This document shows, in pieces, positions 1 through 10,279 of a stretch of 64,000 nucleotides of DNA. Positions within the stretch are counted from its first letter, which is position 1, and each line of letters opens with the position of its first letter. A program made the position numbers and the translations under genes. The stretch is from an uncultured Acidobacteriota bacterium (lineage in GTDB: Bacteria > Acidobacteriota > Thermoanaerobaculia > Multivoradales > UBA5704), in the NCBI GenBank assembly GCA_963752235.1, contig CAVVXL010000011.1, forward strand, positions 128,599-192,598, given 5' to 3'. The notes beneath the pieces are model-generated. The model did no database searches. It saw only the letters and a program-made list of their open reading frames with translations, and was not told where the DNA came from.

Positions 1-115
1 CGATCGGGACGAGGAAGAGGACGGCGGCCGCGGCCAGGAGCCAGAGCAGGGAGTCGATCCCGTCCGAACGATTCCCTACTGTCCGGATCGCGCCACTCTC
101 CTCTTCAGGGATCAT
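1..115 (-). CDS. 5' end of a gene leaving the window (MIPEEESGAIRTVGNRSDGIDSLLWLLAAAAVLFLVPI...), function unknown
   Basis: ATG at 115-113 on the minus strand, open to the window edge, one hydrophobic helix. Too short for the ORF track and no family recognised. Confidence 0.3.
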   Translation of the reverse strand, partial: MIPEEESGAIRTVGNRSDGIDSLLWLLAAAAVLFLVPI

Positions 116-209
116 CGGGAAAACTATACTGCGGAGCCCTCCTGATAGACTCCGAGGGCTTTACCCTTGAATGCTGGCTACGAACCGTTCCGGTTCTTCG
201 GAGGAAGAC

Positions 210-1097
210 ATGAAAACGAAATCATGGCAGGTCGGCATTCTGGTCGCCGCGAGCCTTCTGCCGGCCTTGCGGGCCGAGGCGCGCGAGTCGGGCCCGTTCA
301 CTCTGACGCTGCAGAGCCCGCCGCAGGAAGCCGCCGGGGACGCGGCGGCCGCCGCGGCGTTCGCGGACCATCCGGCGAAGGTGATGGTGGTCGAAGGGCG
401 GACGGGGGCCGATCTCACCGTCCTCGGCGAGATCTCGGACCACGCCGACAAGGTCTTTCCCATCCAGGCCGCCAACGACGCGCTCGCCTGGGTGGACGGC
501 GCCTTCAAGAAGAGCGCCGCCGCCGCGGGAATCCGGGTCTCTCCCGACGCCCCGCTCGCCCTCACCGCCAAGCTGACCGGGCTCAAGCTGACGGCGACCA
601 CCAAGGCCTTCGGGTCGGTTTACAACGCGGAGATCCAGCTGACCTACGCCCTCACCGACGGCAGGGGGCGCACCCTCTGGCAGGGAGCCGCCGAGGGGAG
701 CGCCAACCGCTACGGCAAGGCGCGCAGCGCGGAGAACGCCAACGAGGTGCTCGGCGACGCCGTCAAGGAAGCCTTCGGCAACGTCCTGAACGACGCCGGC
801 CTCCAGGGCGCCTGGGGCGGCCGCCAGGGAACACCGAAACCCGTCGCCCTCGCGTCGCCCGCCGCCGCACCGGCTGCGGCCGCCTCCGCCGCCACGGCAG
901 CGATGTCGCCCGCGGACCTTCTCACCGACCTCGTCAAGCTCAAGAAGCAGGGGTTCACCACCGATCTCCTGGTCGACTACGTCAACAAGAAGGCCCTCAG
1001 CCGTGCGCTCTCCGCGGACGACCTGGTGAAGTGGAAGAACGCCGGCATGCCCGAAGAGGTCATCAAGTCGGCGATGGCGCGGACGGAGGGGCTGTAA
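210..1097 (+). CDS. secreted/lipoprotein-like hypothetical protein
   Basis: ORF 171..1097. Internal ATG at 210 preceded by GGAGGA. MKTKSWQVGILVAASLLPALRA looks like a signal peptide. Composition is protein-like; no family recognised. Confidence 0.6.
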   Translation: MKTKSWQVGILVAASLLPALRAEARESGPFTLTLQSPPQEAAGDAAAAAAFADHPAKVMVVEGRTGADLTVLGEISDHADKVFPIQAANDALAWVDGAFKKSAAAAGIRVSPDAPLALTAKLTGLKLTATTKAFGSVYNAEIQLTYALTDGRGRTLWQGAAEGSANRYGKARSAENANEVLGDAVKEAFGNVLNDAGLQGAWGGRQGTPKPVALASPAAAPAAAASAATAAMSPADLLTDLVKLKKQGFTTDLLVDYVNKKALSRALSADDLVKWKNAGMPEEVIKSAMARTEGL

Positions 1098-1264
1098 TCC
1101 TTATAGATGCGATCCAGCGTCTCGGTGATTCCCTGGTCGCGGTGAAGACGCAGGTACTCTCCGATAGCGGTCGCATACAGCTCGCTACGAGAGACATGGA
1201 GCCTTTTCGCGAGTTGGTCGGCGGCTTCGAAGAGCGGGTCGGGGAGGGAGATTGCGGTCTTCAT
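977..1264 (-). CDS. ribbon-helix-helix (CopG/VapB-like) antitoxin-type protein without a cognate toxin gene; 3' end uncertain
   Basis: N-terminus MKTAISLPDPLFEAADQLAKRLHVSRSELYATAIGEYLRLH is a typical RHH antitoxin sequence. The last 121 nt overlap the convergent gene 210..1097. Confidence 0.6.
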   Translation of the reverse strand: MKTAISLPDPLFEAADQLAKRLHVSRSELYATAIGEYLRLHRDQGITETLDRIYKDYSPSVRAIADLMTSSGMPAFFHFTRSSAESARLRAFLLT

Positions 1265-1272
1265 GCTCTTCA

Positions 1273-1290
1273 GTATAACCCCAGTTATAC
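1273..1290. promoter_or_regulatory. perfect inverted repeat GTATAAC-ccca-GTTATAC, candidate RHH operator
   Basis: Read directly; lies 9 nt upstream of the RHH start codon in the divergent RHH/hldA spacer. A TACAAT -10-like hexamer at 1303-1308 faces hldA. Confidence 0.4.
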
Positions 1291-1319
1291 CTAAGCCGCC
1301 CTGCTACAATCCGCACGAA

Positions 1320-2370
1320 ATGTCCCAAGCCTCCCTCCCCACCCCCGAGCGCCTCCTGCACTGGGTCGACGAGATGGCCGGCAAGCCGGTCGCCATGCTC
1401 GTCGATCTGGTGGCGGACGTGTTCATCACCGGCACGCCGAAGCGGATCAGCCGCGAGGCGCCGGTGCTCATCCTCTCGTTCCAGGGCGAGCGGCTGGCCT
1501 GCGGCGGCGGGGCGAACGCGGTCGCCAACGTGGCGGCGCTCGGCGGCCGCCCGCTCCCCCTTGGGGTGGTGGGGGACGACGCGCACGGCGCGGGCCTGCT
1601 CGCCGAGCTGGCGGCCCGCGGCGTGCCGACCGAGGGGATCGCCATCCGGGAAGGCTACCGCACCCCCACCAAGGTCCGCATCCTGGGCGGCGGCAAGCAC
1701 TCGATCAAGCAGCAGATCGTGCGCTACGACATCGAGGAGACGCTGACCCTCACCGCCGAGGAGCGCGACGGCTTCACCCGCCGGCTGCGCGGCTGGGGCG
1801 GCACGGCGCGGGTCGCCATCCTCTCTGATTACGGCTACGGCGCGGTCGAGCCGGCGATGCTCTCGCGGGTGCGCGACGCTCTCGGTGAGGAGGCGACGCT
1901 GCTCGCCGACAGCCGCTACCGGCTCGGCGGCTTCGTGGGGCTCGACGGCGCCACCCCCAACGAGGAGGAGGCCGAGGCCCTCCTCGGCGCCGCCGATCGA
2001 CGACGACCCCGACCGCCTGGAGCGCGCCGGCCGCGAGCTGCGCGAGCGGCTCGGCGCCCGCTTCCTGCTGATCACCCGCGGCAGCCGCGGCATGAGCCTG
2101 TTCCGCCGGACGGTCGCCTCGGCCCACCTCCCCGTCTCGGGGACCGACCAGGTGGCGGACGTCACCGGCGCCGGCGATACGGTGATCGGCACCTTCGCCC
2201 TGGCGCTCGCGGCCGGCGCCGACCCGCTCGCCGCGGCGCTGCTCGCCAACTACGCCGGCGGGGTGGTGGTGACCAAGATGGGGACCGCCACCTGCTCCCC
2301 CGACGAGCTGAAGCGCGCGGTGGCGGCCAACCCCCGCCCGCTCGAGGAGCTGCGGTGGGGAGCGTCCTGA
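1320..2370 (+). CDS. hldA: D-glycero-beta-D-manno-heptose-7-phosphate kinase (RfaE domain I, pfkB family), with an apparent +1 frameshift near 1989-1993
   Basis: The N-part is in the frame of ORF 1263..2837 (GTPKRISREAPVLIL, GGGANAVANVAALGG). The C-part is in ORF 1885..2370 (ITRGSRGMSLF, DVTGAGDTVIGTFALALAAG, the pfkB signature). The frames join at ...EALLG|PIDDDPDRLE. Confidence 0.8.
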
Positions 2371-2837
2371 CGGTTCCGGAGCTGCGCGAGCGCCTGCGGG
2401 AGCTCAAGGCCCAGGGGAAGACGATCGCCTTCGCCAACGGCCACTTCGATCTCCTCCACGTGGGCCACCTGCGCTATCTGCGCGACGCCCGCGCCGAGGG
2501 GGATGCGCTGGTGGTGGCGATCAACGACGACGCCTCGGTGGCGAGCCTCAAGGGACCCGGCCGGCCGGTGGTCCCCGCCGCCGAGCGGGCCGAGCTGCTG
2601 GCGGCGCTGGCGCCGGTCGACTTCGTGGTGATCTTCGCCGGCGACTCTCCCGCTTCCCTGCTCGCCGAGCTGCGGCCGGACGTCCACTGCAAGGGCCCGG
2701 ACTACGGCTCCCCCGAGCGCGTCCCCGAGTACGCGGTGGTGCGCGCCTACGGCGGCCGCACGGCGCTGGTCGGCGACCCCAAGGATCATGCCACCAGCGA
2801 CCTGATCGCCCGCGTCAAAGCGCTGCCGGAGAGATGA
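2355..2837 (+). CDS. hldC: D-glycero-beta-D-manno-heptose-1-phosphate adenylyltransferase (RfaE domain II, cytidylyltransferase fold)
   Basis: GTG at 2355 overlaps the hldA stop. Motifs: KTIAFANGHFDLLHVGHLRYL (HxGH) and VVAINDDASV. Confidence 0.8.
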   Translation: MGSVLTVPELRERLRELKAQGKTIAFANGHFDLLHVGHLRYLRDARAEGDALVVAINDDASVASLKGPGRPVVPAAERAELLAALAPVDFVVIFAGDSPASLLAELRPDVHCKGPDYGSPERVPEYAVVRAYGGRTALVGDPKDHATSDLIARVKALPER

Positions 2838-3898
2838 CAGAGCGGGGCGGGGGTCCGCGGATCTTGATCGTCCGCACCAGCGCGCTCGGCGACGTGGTGC
2901 ATGCGCTGCCGGTGCTGACGGCGCTGCGGCGGCATCTCCCCGAGGCCCGGATCGGCTGGGTGGTCGAGGCGGGGATGGCGCCCGTGCTTGCGGGGCATCC
3001 CGACCTCGACGAGCTGTTCGTGGTCCGCCTCCGCCAGTGGCGGCGGCTCTCCGGCGGCGCGGCGTCCCGCAACCTCGGCGAGCTCGCCACCTTCGTCCGG
3101 GCTCTCCGGCGCTTCCGTCCCGACGTGGCGCTCGACCTGATGGGGAACCACAAGGCGGGGGTCCTCGCCCGCCTCTCCGGCGCCCGGCGGCGGATCGGCT
3201 TCACCCGGACCGAGCGGCGCGAGCCGTCGAGCGCGCTCTGGATCAACCGGCCCACGGCGCCGCGCGGCGTCCACGCGGTCGACCGCATGCTCTCCCTGCT
3301 CGACGCTCTCGGGCTCCCGCCCGAGCCGGCGGACTTCGGCCCGGGGAAGCTCTTCCGCGCGGAGCCGGCGGTGGTCGCGGAGCTCTGCGCGGCGCACCCC
3401 GAGCCGTTCGCCCTCCTCCACCCGGGGGCCGGCTGGGCGAACAAGCGCTACCCTCCGGCGTGGTGGGGGGAGGCGGCGCGACTCCTCTACTGGGAGACCG
3501 GCGTCGCCACCTGGGTGGCGGTGGCCCCCGGCGAAGAAACCCTGGCGGCCGAGGTCGCGACGGTGGGGGCGGAGGCGGTGCGGCTCGTGCCGGGGGCCGA
3601 CCTTCCCACCCTGGCGGCGCTGATCCGGCGCTCCCGGCTGATGCTCGGCGGCGACACCGGACCCACCCACCTCGCCCGCGCCCTCGGCACGCCGGCGCTG
3701 ATGGTGATGGGCCCCACCGACCCCGCGCGCCACGGCCCCTACGGCGCTCCGGAGAACGCCCTCTTCAAGCGCCTCGCCTGCAGCTTCTGCTACCAGCGCC
3801 TGCCGGAGACCAAAGCCTGCCTGCTCGAGGTCCCGCCCCGCCGGGTGGCGGCGCGGGCGGCCGAATTATTATCGAGGCCGCTGGCAGCTCTTCCATAG
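2834..3898 (+). CDS. glycosyltransferase family 9 (LPS heptosyltransferase-like)
   Basis: ILIVRTSALGDVVHALPVLTALRRHLPEARIGWVVE and a C-terminal GGDTGPTHLARALGTP motif. ATGA overlap with hldC. Confidence 0.8.
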   Translation: MTERGGGPRILIVRTSALGDVVHALPVLTALRRHLPEARIGWVVEAGMAPVLAGHPDLDELFVVRLRQWRRLSGGAASRNLGELATFVRALRRFRPDVALDLMGNHKAGVLARLSGARRRIGFTRTERREPSSALWINRPTAPRGVHAVDRMLSLLDALGLPPEPADFGPGKLFRAEPAVVAELCAAHPEPFALLHPGAGWANKRYPPAWWGEAARLLYWETGVATWVAVAPGEETLAAEVATVGAEAVRLVPGADLPTLAALIRRSRLMLGGDTGPTHLARALGTPALMVMGPTDPARHGPYGAPENALFKRLACSFCYQRLPETKACLLEVPPRRVAARAAELLSRPLAALP

Positions 3899-3921
3899 CT
3901 TCATTTCCATTCGTCGCTACG

Positions 3922-3951
3922 TTGACCCTCTTTCCCGCCGGCTGGTAGACT
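3922..3951 (+). promoter_or_regulatory. sigma70-like promoter candidate for pilB (TTGACC-N18-TAGACT)
   Basis: Hexamers read in the AT-richer spacer about 80 nt upstream of pilB. Confidence 0.25.
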
Positions 3952-4031
3952 TCCCCTCGATTCAGACAGTTTCCACGCAAGCGCGCATCAACGCAGGACA
4001 GGCCCGGAGTCCGGGTTGAGAGGTAACTCGC

Positions 4032-5795
<1,764 letters not shown>

Positions 5796-5813
5796 CCGCT
5801 TGCCGTAGACCGC

Positions 5814-5844
5814 GGGAGCTTACCGGGTGGCCCGGTAAGCTCCC
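5814..5844 (+). terminator. perfect 14-bp hairpin GGGAGCTTACCGGG-tgg-CCCGGTAAGCTCCC downstream of pilB
   Basis: Read directly; 19 nt after the pilB stop; followed by TT. Confidence 0.55.
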
Positions 5845-5889
5845 TTCCCGTCAGATCCCGGGACAGCGCGGTCGATCCGCGGACCTTCC

Positions 5890-6225
5890 GCCACGGCAGG
5901 TGACCATCCGCTACGGCAGCTAAATTTTTCCCACGGCAGCCGGCCGTGCCGTTCGGTCAGCCTACATTGCGCCAAATCCCGGAACAATCTCCCACGGCAG
6001 CCGGCATCGGTTCAGGGCAGCTGATTTTTTCTCAGAGCAGCCGACATTCCGCCACGGCAGCGGACTTTGGGCCCATGGCAGCCGACAATCTCCCACGGCA
6101 GCTGACAACGGCCCACGGCAGCCGACATTTTCGCCAGGGCAGCTCGTTTTTTCCTACGGCAGCCGGCAATCTCCCACGGCAGCCGGTAACGGCCCACGGC
6201 AGCTAGATTTTTCTCACGGAAGCTT
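5890..6225. repeat. tandem array of ~17 units with a 20-21-bp period; conserved core CCACGGCAGC plus a variable ~10-nt spacer
   Basis: Cores start at 5892, 5912, 5932, 5953, (5973 degenerate), 5993, 6013, 6033, 6053, 6074, 6094, 6114, 6135, 6155, 6175, 6195 and 6215. Seven are perfect CACGGCAGC. Confidence 0.9.
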
Positions 6226-6248
6226 ACCGGCCCGCCCGGTACGCTTCC
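6218..6248. repeat. hairpin GGAAGCTTACCGG-cccgc-CCGGTACGCTTCC, a near copy of the 5814-5844 hairpin
   Basis: Read directly; one mismatch in the stem; contains the ctaA stop codon (TAA, 6226-6224). Confidence 0.6.
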
Positions 6249-7201
6249 GTGGCGCCCAGTACCGCTCCGGCGGACGCCGTCGCGCCCCGCGCGGCAAGGG
6301 TCGTGGCCGCGAGGCGCACGAAGGCAATCCACAGCAGATCCGCCCCCAGCAGATGGACGACCTGGAGCCACACCGGCGCCAGGAGGAGCACGTTGATGCC
6401 TCCCAGCGCCATCTGGAGGCCGACGAGCCCCGCCGTCCAGACGGCGAAGCGCCGCGGCGCCCCGGCGAGCGGCCCCTGCATCACCGTGATCGCCAGATAG
6501 AGCGCGAGGAGACCGGCGGCGACGGCGATGCCGGGATGGAAGAGGCGCAGGCGGATCAGCAGGTGCGCCGTCGGGGAGAGGTCTGCCCGGAGGGCCGCCG
6601 CCAGCGACCGCGAAGGGAACAGGGTGTCTCCCAGCGCCGCCGTGGCGCCGCTCACCCCGGAGAGGAGCAGGGCGACGAGCGCCACGGCGAAGCCGGCCCC
6701 GGTCGCCCCCTGCCCGCGCAGGCGGAACGGCGCGCCGCCGCTCGCGAAGTGGGCGGTCAGGGTGAGCGCCGCCAGCAGCAGGAAGGTGTTGACCAGGTGC
6801 GTCGCCCCGAACATCGCGCGCGCCATCGAAGGGTTGTCCGCCACCAGCCGGAACAGCACCAGAGCCGCCCCCACCGCCGCCTCCCCCACCATGAAGGCCA
6901 TCGCCCAAACCGCCGCCGCGCGGGTTGCATGGCCGCGGGGAAAGGCACGGAATGCCCACACCAGGAGCCCCACGACCATGAGGAGAGCGATGCCGCTGGT
7001 CAGCCGGTGTGAGAACTCGATGACCGTCGCGATCCTGGGAGCCTGCGGCAGCACCATCCCGTTGCAGAGAGGCCAGTGGCTCCCGCACCCCGCCCCCGAC
7101 CCCGTAGCCCGCACGATCGATCCCCAGAGCACCACCAGGACGTTGACGGCGAGGGTCAGCCAGGCGTAGCGGGGGAAGGCGCGGGGGGAGGAGGGGTGCA
7201 T
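6224..7201 (-). CDS. ctaA: heme A synthase (COX15/CtaA family)
   Basis: GSIVRATGSGAGCGSHWPLCNG, multiple TM helices, conserved His residues. Confidence 0.8.
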   Translation of the reverse strand: MHPSSPRAFPRYAWLTLAVNVLVVLWGSIVRATGSGAGCGSHWPLCNGMVLPQAPRIATVIEFSHRLTSGIALLMVVGLLVWAFRAFPRGHATRAAAVWAMAFMVGEAAVGAALVLFRLVADNPSMARAMFGATHLVNTFLLLAALTLTAHFASGGAPFRLRGQGATGAGFAVALVALLLSGVSGATAALGDTLFPSRSLAAALRADLSPTAHLLIRLRLFHPGIAVAAGLLALYLAITVMQGPLAGAPRRFAVWTAGLVGLQMALGGINVLLLAPVWLQVVHLLGADLLWIAFVRLAATTLAARGATASAGAVLGATEAYRAGR

Positions 7202-7266
7202 GGGGGGATGATAGCGCCTTCGAGGGGGTGGCCTTCTCGAGGTTGGGGATGATCGAGATGGTGTTG

Positions 7267-7481
7267 CCTTCGAGAGACGTCCCGCCGTCCCCGTGGCCTG
7301 CGAAGGGTGTCGTTATGGGCTGGGAACGTCTCTACGGGACGGTTGCAGCACATGGGACCGATGCCGCGTTTTCGGGCAAATCGGAATCGCCGGGTTCGCG
7401 ACGACGGTCCCGTAGAGACGCTCCCAGCGCATAACGAGAACCTCGGCAGGCCACGGGGACGGCGGGACGTCTCTTCGCAGG
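7267..7481. repeat. ~215-bp nested imperfect palindrome (two ~77-nt arms, 61-nt centre)
   Basis: Arm 7267-7343 is the reverse complement of 7405-7481, by eye about 85-90% matched. An AGAGACGT/ACGTCTCT module occurs four times in alternating orientation. Confidence 0.8.
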
Positions 7482-7515
7482 GCAGGTCCTCACCGCCGGC
7501 AACACCCTGGTTGGT

Positions 7516-8193
7516 TCATACCCCCCGCCGCCGCACCCCCAGATTCCGTTTCCGCTCCTCCTCCTTCCGCTTCTTGCTCGCCGCCCAGGAGCAGATCGGG
7601 CAGGCCTCCAGGTCGTGGTAGAGGGCCGGGCAGTACTGGCGGCCGAAGTAGATGATCTGGAGGTGGAGCTGGTTCCAGGTCTCCTCGGGGAAGAGGCGCT
7701 TCAAGTCGTGCTCGGTCTGCTCGACGTTGCGGCCGCTCGACAGGCCCCAGCGGGCGGCGAGGCGATGGATGTGGGTGTCGACGGCGAAGGCGGGGCGGCC
7801 GAAGGCCTGGCTGATCACCACCGAGGCGGTCTTGTGGCCGACGCCGGGGAGGGCTTCCAGCTCCGCGAAGGTCTGCGGCACCTCGCCGCCGTGCCGTTCG
7901 ACCAGCAGCTCCGAGAGGCGCTTGAGGTTCCTCGCCTTGCCGTCGGTGAGGCCGATGCGGCGGATCAGCTCGCGGATCTCCTCGACGGGGAGGGCCGCCA
8001 TCGCCTGCGGCGTCGCGGCGCGGGCGAAGAGGGCGGGGGTGACCTCGTTCACCAGCTTGTCCGTGGTCTGGGCGGAGAGCACCACGGCGACCAGCAGGGT
8101 GAACGGGTCCCGGTGCGCCAGCGGGATGTCGACCGTGGGGAAGAGCTCGTCCAGGAGGAGGGCGATCCGCCGTGCCTTCTCGTGCCGCGTCAT
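7516..8193 (-). CDS. nth: endonuclease III
   Basis: LLVAVVLSAQTTD, the HhH-GPD motif LPGVGHKTASVV, and a C-terminal Cys cluster CPALYHDLEACPIC. ATG at 8193 is chosen over the GTG at 8211. Confidence 0.9.
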   Translation of the reverse strand: MTRHEKARRIALLLDELFPTVDIPLAHRDPFTLLVAVVLSAQTTDKLVNEVTPALFARAATPQAMAALPVEEIRELIRRIGLTDGKARNLKRLSELLVERHGGEVPQTFAELEALPGVGHKTASVVISQAFGRPAFAVDTHIHRLAARWGLSSGRNVEQTEHDLKRLFPEETWNQLHLQIIYFGRQYCPALYHDLEACPICSWAASKKRKEEERKRNLGVRRRGV

Positions 8194-8273
8194 GGGGCGC
8201 CCTTTTATCACAAGGCGTCATCACGGGGCGCCCCGTCGCGGGAAGAGGGTACGGCGGACGGCTCGGCGGCCGC

Positions 8274-8492
8274 CTAGTAGCGCGGTCCGTTCGCCGGCGG
8301 ACCGCCGCCGGAGCTCGGCGGGGGGGCCTTTGCCTGGGTCTTCTTGACCGCGCTCAGGATGCCGATGCCGACCAGGCAGATGACGCCGACGCCGATCCAC
8401 ATCGAAGGGACGTGGGCGAGATGGGCGCCGAGGGCGAGCCCGATCACGACGATGATGAAGCCGACCAGATAAACGCCAAACGAGGATGACAT
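8274..8492 (-). CDS. small two-TM membrane protein, hypothetical
   Basis: Strong SD (AAGGAGGAGCAGCG-ATG), two hydrophobic helices, Pro/Gly tail. Confidence 0.6.
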   Translation of the reverse strand: MSSSFGVYLVGFIIVVIGLALGAHLAHVPSMWIGVGVICLVGIGILSAVKKTQAKAPPPSSGGGPPANGPRY

Positions 8493-8598
8493 CGCTGCTC
8501 CTCCTTATTGGAACAAGAAAGGGAGGACCGTCGAGCCGGTCCGCCGCGCGGTCAGGATCAATACAAAAGGCGGGCCAACTTTTGTGGAGCCTCCGTTA

Positions 8599-8681
8599 TG
8601 TCCTGGTTTGAAACCTGCTCGCCTCCTTCGGGCTCCGCTCCTTCGTCGCTGCCAGTCGGCTGCGCGGTTCAAACCAGGACA
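8599..8681. repeat. inverted repeat TGTCCTGGTTTGAAACC ... GGTTCAAACCAGGACA with a 50-nt loop
   Basis: Read directly; the loop carries CTCCTTCG twice; lies between the pduO-type stop and the small membrane gene start. Confidence 0.6.
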
Positions 8682-8694
8682 CGACTGGAAGGCC

Positions 8695-9258
8695 TCAGGC
8701 GCGGCTGTTCCAGAGGATGTCGGGAATCCCCCGCTTCAGGTTCTCGTAGCGGGCCATCACGAAGAGGGCGTCGGAGAGGCGGTTCAGGTACTTGACCACG
8801 AAGGGGCCGACCGGCTCGTCGCGGGCGAGGGCGACGGCCTGGCGCTCCGCGCGGCGGCAGACGGTGCGGGCGACATGCAGTTGCGCGGCCCCGGCCGAGC
8901 CGCCGGGCAGGATGAAGTTGTCGAGCGCGGGGAGCTCGGCGGAGAGCTCGTCCATCAGCCGCTCCAGCGCCTCGACGTGCCGCGCCTCGACGACCGGCAC
9001 CGGGATGCGCGCCTTGTCGCTCTCGAGGATGCAAAGGTCGGAGCCGACGTTGAACAGCTCGTTCTGCACCCGCAGCAACGTCGCGGCCAGCCGCTCGTCG
9101 AGCCCCGAGGCGAGGGCGGCGCCGATCTCGGAGCTCAGCTCGTCGACCGTGCCGTAGGTCTCGATGCGGATCGAGTCCTTCGGCACCCGCTGCCCGCCGC
9201 CGAGGCCGGTGGTGCCGTCGTCCCCCGTGCGGGTGTAGACCTTGGTGATTCGCGGCAT
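8695..9258 (-). CDS. ATP:cob(I)alamin adenosyltransferase, PduO type
   Basis: [19 protein letters not shown] and ELFNVGSDL are family hallmarks; 187 aa. Confidence 0.9.
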   Translation of the reverse strand: MPRITKVYTRTGDDGTTGLGGGQRVPKDSIRIETYGTVDELSSEIGAALASGLDERLAATLLRVQNELFNVGSDLCILESDKARIPVPVVEARHVEALERLMDELSAELPALDNFILPGGSAGAAQLHVARTVCRRAERQAVALARDEPVGPFVVKYLNRLSDALFVMARYENLKRGIPDILWNSRA

Positions 9259-9288
9259 CGTGATCCCTCCCTTTCCCGGAGGAGGATT

Positions 9289-10068
9289 CTATGCCCACTT
9301 GCCGGTCAGCAGCGGCTCGACCGGGTGACGGTCGCGGTCCATCTCCAGCTCCTGGAAGAGGTTCGCCGTCTCCTCCGTCTCGCACTCGGGACGCAGGTCG
9401 ACCTCGGGGGCCTCGGCCGGAGACTCGTCCGTGCCCGCCACCAGCAGCTCGGCGCCCTCGTAATCGAGGAACTCGGGAATGAGAGGGAGAAAACGCCGGC
9501 CGCCGAAGCGCTCCTGAAGCTCCTCGGGAAAGTGCGCCTTGCGCTCCTCCTCGAGCCCCATCGACGGCGGTGAGCCGGCCTGCGGGTTCTTGACGCTCAG
9601 CAGGTAGCTCCCCCGTTTCTCGATGCGGAGCTCGCGCTGCACCTCGTCCGGCTCGGCCGGCAGCTCCAGGGCGTAGAGCAGGTGGGTGTGGTTGCCATGG
9701 CGCGCCACGGCGTAGACCCCCTCTCCCGCCGGCCGCGCCGAGCGCCGGGTGCCGAAGCCGTCGTGCATCGGTCCGCGCTCCAGCTCCTCGACCATCTCCG
9801 CCGAGCTCTCCCCGACCTTCTCCACGAACCCCCAGAAGCGCTGCCCGGCGTCGTCCGTCTCGGGGAGCCGCTTCTTCCCCACCGTGATCAGGCGGAAGAA
9901 ATCCCGCCGCTCGGGGCTCAGCACGAAGTGAAAACGTTGCACGTCCACCAGCCCCTTCGGAGCCTCCTCCCCCACCGCCGGCCGGTAGAAGAAATAGATG
10001 TTCCCCCGTTCCAGGATCTCGACGTCCCCGGTTCCTGTGGCTGCTTTCGTTCCAGTGCGATCGGCCAT
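9289..10068 (-). CDS. conserved hypothetical protein
   Basis: 259-aa ORF with balanced composition (GNIYFFYRP...). No family named. Confidence 0.6.
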   Translation of the reverse strand: MADRTGTKAATGTGDVEILERGNIYFFYRPAVGEEAPKGLVDVQRFHFVLSPERRDFFRLITVGKKRLPETDDAGQRFWGFVEKVGESSAEMVEELERGPMHDGFGTRRSARPAGEGVYAVARHGNHTHLLYALELPAEPDEVQRELRIEKRGSYLLSVKNPQAGSPPSMGLEEERKAHFPEELQERFGGRRFLPLIPEFLDYEGAELLVAGTDESPAEAPEVDLRPECETEETANLFQELEMDRDRHPVEPLLTGKWA

Positions 10069-10175
10069 GGCGACTCCCTTCTCGATGCGGCCCGCGAGCC
10101 CTTGCGGCTCACATCCGGATCGACTGCAAACCCGCTGCCACGGAAACCAGGCGTAAATCGGGGCGAGGCCACCTC

Positions 10176-10204
10176 TTGACGCCCCACCGCGCTCGGCCTA
10201 CGCT
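10176..10204 (+). promoter_or_regulatory. sigma70-like promoter candidate (TTGACG-N17-TACGCT)
   Basis: Read directly; about 75 nt upstream of the small zinc-ribbon ORF. Confidence 0.25.
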
Positions 10205-10279
10205 CCCCGCGTGAAGACCGCAGCTCGCCCTGACGCATCAGCCCCGGACGCACCCCGCAACGCCTCTCCGGAGGACGTG

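Noticed and set aside
1263-2837. Single 524-aa bifunctional HldE ORF as given in the track
   Set aside because: The middle third of that frame (about 1995-2350) is off-frame junk. The kinase C-half is in the +1 frame and ends at 2370, and the adenylyltransferase starts at GTG 2355. I therefore call two genes, the first one frameshifted.
5946-6206. 86-aa ORF inside the 20-bp repeat array
   Set aside because: The repeat period (20-21 nt) is not a multiple of three. The apparent peptide repeats are a by-product, and there is no SD.
5890-6225. CRISPR array
   Set aside because: The unit is only 20 bp, with a ~10-bp core and ~10-bp spacers that themselves recur. There are no cas genes, and no repeat/spacer sizes compatible with CRISPR.
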